A stretch of 63,927 nt of DNA, filler included, from Stramenopiles sp. TOSAG23-2 (lineage: Eukaryota), in assembly GCA_900128395.1 (NCBI GenBank). It is 17 parts of 17 records of this genome, joined end to end, with 100 filler letters (N's around TTAATTAATTAA, not from the genome) between each part and the next. Parts side by side here need not be neighbours in the genome. Positions count along the whole stretch, not along the records: positions 56,077 to 60,270 come from LT650962.1; positions 60,371 to 61,490 come from LT653674.1; positions 61,591 to 62,709 come from LT653675.1; positions 62,810 to 63,927 come from LT653676.1; 13 more parts are not named here. One strand, given 5' to 3'. The translations under genes were made by a program, and so were the position numbers. Shown in pieces: positions 57,220 through 63,927 of this stretch; position 1 is the stretch's first letter, and every line of letters starts with the position of its first letter. The notes beneath the pieces were generated by a model. That model saw only the letters and a program-made list of their open reading frames with translations. It was not told the DNA's origin and made no database searches.

Positions 57220-60200
57220 ATGTCGGTGTCAATACAAGTTGCTGTGCGTTGCCGGCCGTTTGTGTGTGACGATGAACTTGGGGTATCTATGTTTCAAAAT
57301 TCAGAAGATGAAGGGGAAATTAATTTATTGCGTGCTAAATATAGTACGAAACGATTCGCGTTCAGTTGGTCGTGGTGGAGCGCATATGGTTACAAAAACC
57401 ATTGTAAGTCTCAAGAGTCGAAAGATGAAGCTGACAGTATGAAGCTGATTGATCAAACGACTGTTTATGGAGCATGTGGAGAGAAAATTAAAAAGCAACT
57501 ATTTGATGGAAATGCCGTTGTATTATTTGCATATGGATTATCTGGTAGTGGAAAAACCTTTACCGTTTTTGGCCCTGATGCTGCCGATATTCCAGAAGCT
57601 TGGTTCAAACACGCAACACCGCATCCTTTGTGGGGAATTTTTCCTCATCTAGGTTATGATACGTTTCAAGAAAAAGGCGATACATGGAAAATTAAAATGA
57701 AATATTTCCAAAATGTTGTGGATATTGTTCGAGATTTAATGTCTCCAGTTGCACAGGAACAAAATTACAAACAAGGTATGAGGAAAGATAAAGATGGGTT
57801 CACGGATATTACTTGGTGCTCTGAGATGATGTTAAACAATTGGGATGATTTGAGAAATACATTTTTAAGTGCAAATGGGCGTAAAGCAATCGCACCGACA
57901 CAATTTAATCCACAATCCACACGTGGCCATTGTATTATGACCTTGGAAGTTGAAAAACCAAAAAAAGATGATCCAACTACGAAACAACGTGGACGTGTTT
58001 ACGTGTGTGATTTAGCTGGTACGGAACCAGCTGGGGATGTTGTCTATGCATTATACAAAAAGAAAAAAATGCAAGATGGGTCAATTGAAAATCAATTTCA
58101 AGGAGCGCACCCAGACAAATCAAAAACAAAACAATTGCAAGATCAAGGGAAAAAAATTAATTTATCATTGAGTGAGATGGCACAATTTTTTATGAAGATG
58201 GCAGCGGCAATTAAAAAGAAAAAATTAAAAGCTGGGCAAAGTATTCCAGGTTGCAATAGTTATTTCTTGTGCAAATATTTAAAAGACACTATGTTGCAAG
58301 CAAGGACGTATTTGTTTTGCGCAATTAGGCCAGAAGTAAAATTTCATCCATATACATTTAGCACCTTAGGTTTTGCTAAAAATGCAAGTGTCATTAAACT
58401 CCAACCTAAAAAAGCTACTACAGCTATGTCACCGAAGGAAAGAAAATTAATGCAAGAATTGGAAGCAATGAAATTAAAATTTGAAGAGATGATGAAAGGC
58501 GGCGGCGGTGGTGGTGGTGGGAACACCGCAGAAAAAGATGAAGAAATCAAAAAATTACAAGAAATGCTTGCAGCAAAATCTGAAGCTATGGTTAATGAAA
58601 TGAACAAATCAGATGGGCCATCGGAAAGTGATGCATTATTAGAGCGACAAAAGCAAGAATATGGAAGGCGTGGTATTATCATGACTGCATTCGGTGATGA
58701 TATTGCAGCGCCATATTTTTTAAATCTAGATGAAGATGAATTTCGTTCTGAGCGTTTCATGTATGTACTGGATCGTGATGTTACAGAATTTGGTAAAGAT
58801 ATTCGACCAACAAATTTTGCAATTAAAGCAGGACATTGCACAGTTAAACGTGCTGGGGATGACATCACATTGGTTTGTGGAGAGGGTGAAACATATCACA
58901 ATGGGAAAAAGTTGGAGAAGGGAGAAGAAGTGAAATTAAACGTATTTGACCGCGTTGGTATGGCAACCGATTTGATGGTTCTTCGCTTTCCTGGAAAAGA
59001 TGCTGCAGCTGATGCAATGTCAACAGAGGATATGGTGCTAGAATTTCAAAATGCAAAAATGTCCTCCGCTGATTCTGCAGCCATGAAGCAGATTGAAGAG
59101 GAGAGAAAGCAATTTGAGGAAGAGAGAAAGAAATTTCAAGCAGAAATGGAAAAAATGAAGTTGAAAGCATCAGAAGGTGGTGCTCAAGCAGCTAAGGCGC
59201 AACAAGAAATGGAAGAGATGAAGGCTAAACAAGAAGCTGAACAACGCAAGATGCAAGATACCGTAAATCGTCAACAAATGTTGGAATTAATTCCTCAAGT
59301 TGATGAATCTAATCACTTGTTACAAATGTTAAATAGAAATATGTTATTTTGTGAAGCCATGTTACGCGTTGGTTTATCAGAAGATGGTGAGTTTTCTGTG
59401 CCACAAGTGAAAGTGAAAGTTTCCAACAAATTTACGGATGATGTGATCTATTTGGATCCCTTTGAATTTAAAAAAGTATGGCAAGTAATGAAGGATGAGA
59501 TTGGGTTTTTGCGAGGGGCGTTATCAGATGGCACAGAATATTATGCAAATGAATTTCATGATCCAATGGCAATGCTTTACAATCATAGTTACGAAATTGG
59601 AACTGCAATTTTGTTTGTAGAATCGCTTGTTTATATGTTAGACACTGATGATGAAGAGCGGCATGTCCAAATCAAAAATGTTGGTGATCCACATAATGAA
59701 TATGGTTCCATTGAAGTCGTTTGGACACCATTGGGCAGCCAAGACGAAGATGAGCAGGTAGAAGTACCAGATATTTCTTCTCCTGAAGAATTATTAGGCA
59801 AACCATGGAATTTTAAAATTGAAATCATCGGTATTTCAAAGTTGCCAGTACAAACAGAACGTACTTATTGTCAATATGAATTTTTTGGTCAACAATTTAC
59901 TACTGACGTCGTTGATACAGTGACAAATCACCCACACTTTAATTATTCATATATTCACCACGTAGATGAAGTTACACAGGAATTTATTGATTATCTATCA
60001 ACAAAAAGCGTAACTATTCATGTATTTGTTGATCCATATGTGTCATCACCACCGAAAGACAAAATTTCAAGTACAAATAAGACGATAGCAAAAAATTTAG
60101 GTTTTGTAAGTGGTGGTGATGATAGTGATTTACGTGCAGAAAATGCTAATTTACGAACACAAATTGACAAATTGATGAAGGAAAATGATAATTTAAGAAA

Positions 60201-60270
60201 AAAGGTAGCTGAACTTTCTGGACAGCCGAGTGTAGTTGCAAAGTTACAAAATGCGAAGGAAACGGATAAT
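57220..60270 (+). CDS. Kinesin motor protein with FHA-like and C2-like tail (kinesin-3/KIF28-like architecture; 3' partial)
   Basis: IQVAVRCRPF, P-loop AYGLSGSGKTFT, switch I NPQSTRGH, switch II DLAGTE, INLSLS, STLGFA; PYFLNLDED FHA entry; C2-like ELLGKPWNFKIEI..YCQYEFF. Confidence 0.92.
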
Positions 60271-60412
60271 NNNNNNNNNNNNNNNNNNNNNNNNNNNNNN
60301 NNNNNNNNNNNNNNTTAATTAATTAANNNNNNNNNNNNNNNNNNNNNNNNNNNNNNNNNNNNNNNNNNNNTATATACACACATACATATATAAATATATA
60401 TCATTGATTGTA

Positions 60413-61490
60413 ATTATTCCATACGAGTACAATACAAGTGATTTATCGGCTTGCATTAATTTTTTGGAAAAACATTTATACAATGGTTCATTGTCATGGC
60501 CAACGTTGCAATACATGGTCAGTGAAGCACAATATGGTGGTAAAATCACGGATGATATGGATAAACGTTTATTCAAGACTTACGCAGCTGTTTGGTTAAG
60601 TCCAAAATCCCTTGAATCGACATTTACGTACAATCCAGAAATTCCACTTATTCCAATACCAGAAAATTTCCAATATTCTGTTCCAGATTTCACGGAATTG
60701 GCCAAATACAAAGCATTTTGTGGGCAATTCCCAGAAATCGATAGCCCAGAAATCTTTGGCTTACACCCAAATGCCGATTTAACATTCCGTGTAAAAGAGG
60801 TAAATGAAATGATAAGCACTTTGACAGAAACGCAGCCAAAGCAAAGTTCAGGTGGTTCTGGACAATCTAGGGAAAGTGTTGTAAATGAAAAATGTGTTGA
60901 ATTGTTGGGTAAATTCCCTAAAGATTACCTTGAGATTGAATACAATCAACAAATTCAAAAACAAGGTGGCTTATCAGTGCCATTGAATATTTGTTTGTTC
61001 CAGGAAGTACAACGATTGCAAGTGGTAATTGAGACGGTACGAAGTGATTTAGAAAATTTACGTTTAGCTATTAAAGGTGAAGTTGTAATGACACCTGCAC
61101 TGCAAAATGCTTTAAATGATATTTATGATGCAAATGTGCCTTCTCAATGGTTGTTAACACCTGGTGGAGACGTATTTTCATGGTTAAGTCCAACGCTTGG
61201 TTTATGGTTCTCTGTACTACTTGAGCGTGATTTACAATTGACACAATGGCTAAGCAAAGGTCGCCCACCTAGTTTTTGGATGACTGGATTTTTCAATGCA
61301 CAAGGTTTTTTAACTGCTATGAAGCAGGAAGTTACTCGTGCACATCGAAGTGAACAATGGGCATTGGATGATATGGTTTACACAACGGTTGTAACCGAAC
61401 ATGAACATGGCGGTAATTTGAAAAAAGGACCAGATGAAGGTGTTTATGTACATGGTCTTTTCTTAGATGGTGCAGCATGGAAAATGAGCA
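60413..61490 (+). CDS. Dynein heavy chain, C-terminal region fragment (axonemal type)
   Basis: IPYEYN.SD, EAQYGGKITDDMD, DSPEIFGLHPNAD, FWMTGFFNAQGFLTAMKQE, WALD, EGVYVHGLFLDGAAW. Confidence 0.95.
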
Positions 61491-62809
61491 NNNNNNNNNN
61501 NNNNNNNNNNNNNNNNNNNNNNNNNNNNNNNNNNTTAATTAATTAANNNNNNNNNNNNNNNNNNNNNNNNNNNNNNNNNNNNNNNNNNNNTGTTTTTCTG
61601 CCACATTTTCTGTTTTTCATTTCCTATCATATTTGTACTTAATGTCGTCCTTTTCATATACTAAATAGATTTGTAGTGTTTGATATATTTGATAGGAAAA
61701 ATTAGGTATTTTTTGTACTTGAGAGAGGGTATTACCGAATAATCGATTTATACGTTTTATCTTTTTGACTACCAGATAACACCTGTTTGTGTGAACACAT
61801 TATAAAAGTGCAAATATAGAAGAACTATTTTATTATATTATACAAATGAAAACACACACCAAAACAAGAAACAGATCTCGTAGAAGATAAGAAAATAACA
61901 ACAAAGATAAATAAGAATACAAATGGGAAAGAAAAAAAAGAAAGGTAAAGGTGGTGGTGCCATTAAAATGAAATCACCACCAGAACCAAAACCTATATTT
62001 ACGTGTATTCCATTTATTCTTTAAATTTGTTTCCATCGATGTTACATCTTTTATTGCCGTTTGTTGTTGTGGTGGTCGGTTCTTGTTGTCATTAATGGCA
62101 TTGATCGATAGTGTACATATCGTAACAAGAACAATAATGATAAATATGTTTACAATTGATATTAGATTCATTTCTTTATTATTATATTATTCGAAGTAAA
62201 ATTTAAAGATTGATATTTTAACCATAGAAACAATAAAAAAACCAAACAATTAGATTATTATATATCTCTATAAAAATAAATAAATTAAATGTACTAAAAT
62301 AGCCAGTTAGAAAATCAAAAAAGCAGATACAGTTCTTCTTGTTGACATCTATATGTATACATCCAGATGACGACTACTTCTACTTGTTTTGATATTTTTG
62401 TTGATTTAGATTTCCGTCCCCCTTTTTTGTTCATTCAATTTTTTTTTTGTTATCAATTTTTGACGAGATTTGAGGTATTTGATAGGAATATTTCCTATCA
62501 TAAGAAAAGTTGACTGAGGATGATGTGTTACAGATTAGCATATATAATTACAATAATAAATAAGATTAAGTATTATTTATGATCTAAATATAGGTACATA
62601 AATCGATGAAAAACCCTAAATGTTATCGTGCTTCACGGAAACACTTGATTTTTGACCTATTTAGTATATTAATAAGACTTAATGTTATTTATATAGTAAT
62701 CTGTGGCACNNNNNNNNNNNNNNNNNNNNNNNNNNNNNNNNNNNNNNNNNNNNTTAATTAATTAANNNNNNNNNNNNNNNNNNNNNNNNNNNNNNNNNNN
62801 NNNNNNNNN

Positions 62810-62829
62810 GACGTGTGCTCTTCCGATCT
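62810..62829 (+). other. Illumina TruSeq adapter remnant
   Basis: GACGTGTGCTCTTCCGATCT at the contig start. Confidence 0.97.
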
Positions 62830-63210
62830 AATTGAAAAGAAGTCGTACTACCACGTGTTCAAATTATGCGGCTTCGCGTCGTTCGATTCCAGGGATCAGT
62901 AATTCATAACTTCAAAGACCATTACAACTTTAAGGCACGGCTAATTTTGCTACCACATGTACTGCCTTCTGCTTCTTATGCTAGAGTACGATGAGAAGAG
63001 GAACTCGCAGAGCAAGATTAATACAATGATAGACACTTTTATTGCTGTATTTCTATTTTCTACTTTAGCTCCAATCACTTTTTAAAGTACTAGTATGTAT
63101 GTACATCAATAGATTGACATTACAAACGAGTCCCCGCAATAGCACGCGACTCTCTCACTCGACGAATTCTAAAGTTTTCTCGCACAAAATAACCCCAATA
63201 TCTATGTCTA

Positions 63211-63927
63211 TTATTTTCCCAAGAGGCCTTCTCTGACTCCATCTTCGTCAGGAACGATACCCAAAACACTCCTCGGTATGCATGGTAGTATTGTTTTCGG
63301 ATTGAAGCCGCTCTCTCCCGGTCGTAGCGGCGCCTGCTCGTAAAAAATACCACACGCCATGATCAAGCACACCGCCCCCGCGCCTTCCAAGGAGGCATGG
63401 TTTTTCCAGATGAAAAAGTTCACAATCTCGGCGAGAAACTTGTTGCACGTCGCAACGACGGCGCACGAAGTTGCACTCAACGCATCTCTGATTAACATGG
63501 TAAAATAACCCATCCCAACACCAAAGAAACACGAGGACACCAAAGCAATAACTCCCCGCTTCCCAAACTGAAACGGTTCACCATTCGCTTCTTTCCCGTT
63601 AATCGCGTTTTCCAATTCACCGGTAAAGACTGATAAAACGATACCAATCGGAATGGACAAAGTGTTCACCAGAAATGTTCTCGACCACGAGTTCATTTGA
63701 TATCTATTAATGGTATCTTTTGCAACCCCTCCTTCGATGCACGCCACGAAAACAAAAATTGCGCAATACACGTATGCGAAGTCTTCTGATTTAACATCGC
63801 CAGACACGTACCAAATTGCCCCGATAGTGATACCAATCATCGCGACGATCGATTTCGCACTTGGAAACATTCTTCCCATGAATAAATAATCTAAAATCGA
63901 CAAGGCAATGGGTGTCGTCGACTTGAA
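63211..63927 (-). CDS. Nucleotide-sugar (GDP-mannose-type) transporter, C-terminal part (5' partial)
   Basis: KSTTPIALSILDYLFMGR.FPS, LSATSCAVVATCNKFL..VN.FIWKNHAS...GIFYEQ; multiple TM helices. Confidence 0.88.
   Translation of the reverse strand, partial: FKSTTPIALSILDYLFMGRMFPSAKSIVAMIGITIGAIWYVSGDVKSEDFAYVYCAIFVFVACIEGGVAKDTINRYQMNSWSRTFLVNTLSIPIGIVLSVFTGELENAINGKEANGEPFQFGKRGVIALVSSCFFGVGMGYFTMLIRDALSATSCAVVATCNKFLAEIVNFFIWKNHASLEGAGAVCLIMACGIFYEQAPLRPGESGFNPKTILPCIPRSVLGIVPDEDGVREGLLGK

Noticed and set aside
61924-62171. Two short convergent ORFs (MGKKKKKGKGG... and a signal-peptide ORF) as a small-protein pair
   Set aside because: Both look like gene starts cut off where they meet near 62000, more consistent with a chimeric junction.
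4231-62809. Regularly spaced TTAATTAATTAA as a biological repeat or array
   Set aside because: Always centred in exactly 44+44 Ns between length-sorted contigs; an artificial linker.

Overview
This window is not one locus. It is 17 unrelated contigs (14 of about 4.2 kb, 3 of about 1.1 kb), sorted by decreasing length and joined by artificial 100-nt spacers (N44-TTAATTAATTAA-N44), so adjacency across spacers is meaningless. The DNA is AT-rich, intron-poor eukaryotic nuclear sequence from a flagellated protist (axonemal-type dynein, kinesin, AP-3 beta, Clp1, Myb, F-box/kelch, NCX/NCKX, MLO-EF-hand). A stramenopile single-cell or metagenome assembly is my inference. Artefacts include exact 55-bp terminal repeats, probable chimeric inversions and an Illumina adapter. 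Main signals not shown by the ORF track: (1) two probable selenoprotein genes, an AhpC/TSA-like protein whose UxxC Sec codon is split by an intron (TG|A) and a glutaredoxin-like/membrane-domain fusion with an in-frame TGA, each followed by a SECIS-like hairpin with a much longer apical stem than usual; (2) a modular family of probably secreted proteins with two unrecognised conserved Cys-rich domains, swappable RCC1/Cys-repeat/collagen modules, S-F-[LI]-E motifs and a C-terminal RRRRLL tail; (3) a dispersed ~20-25-nt element seen as a filled/empty pair with a 9-bp target-site-like duplication.
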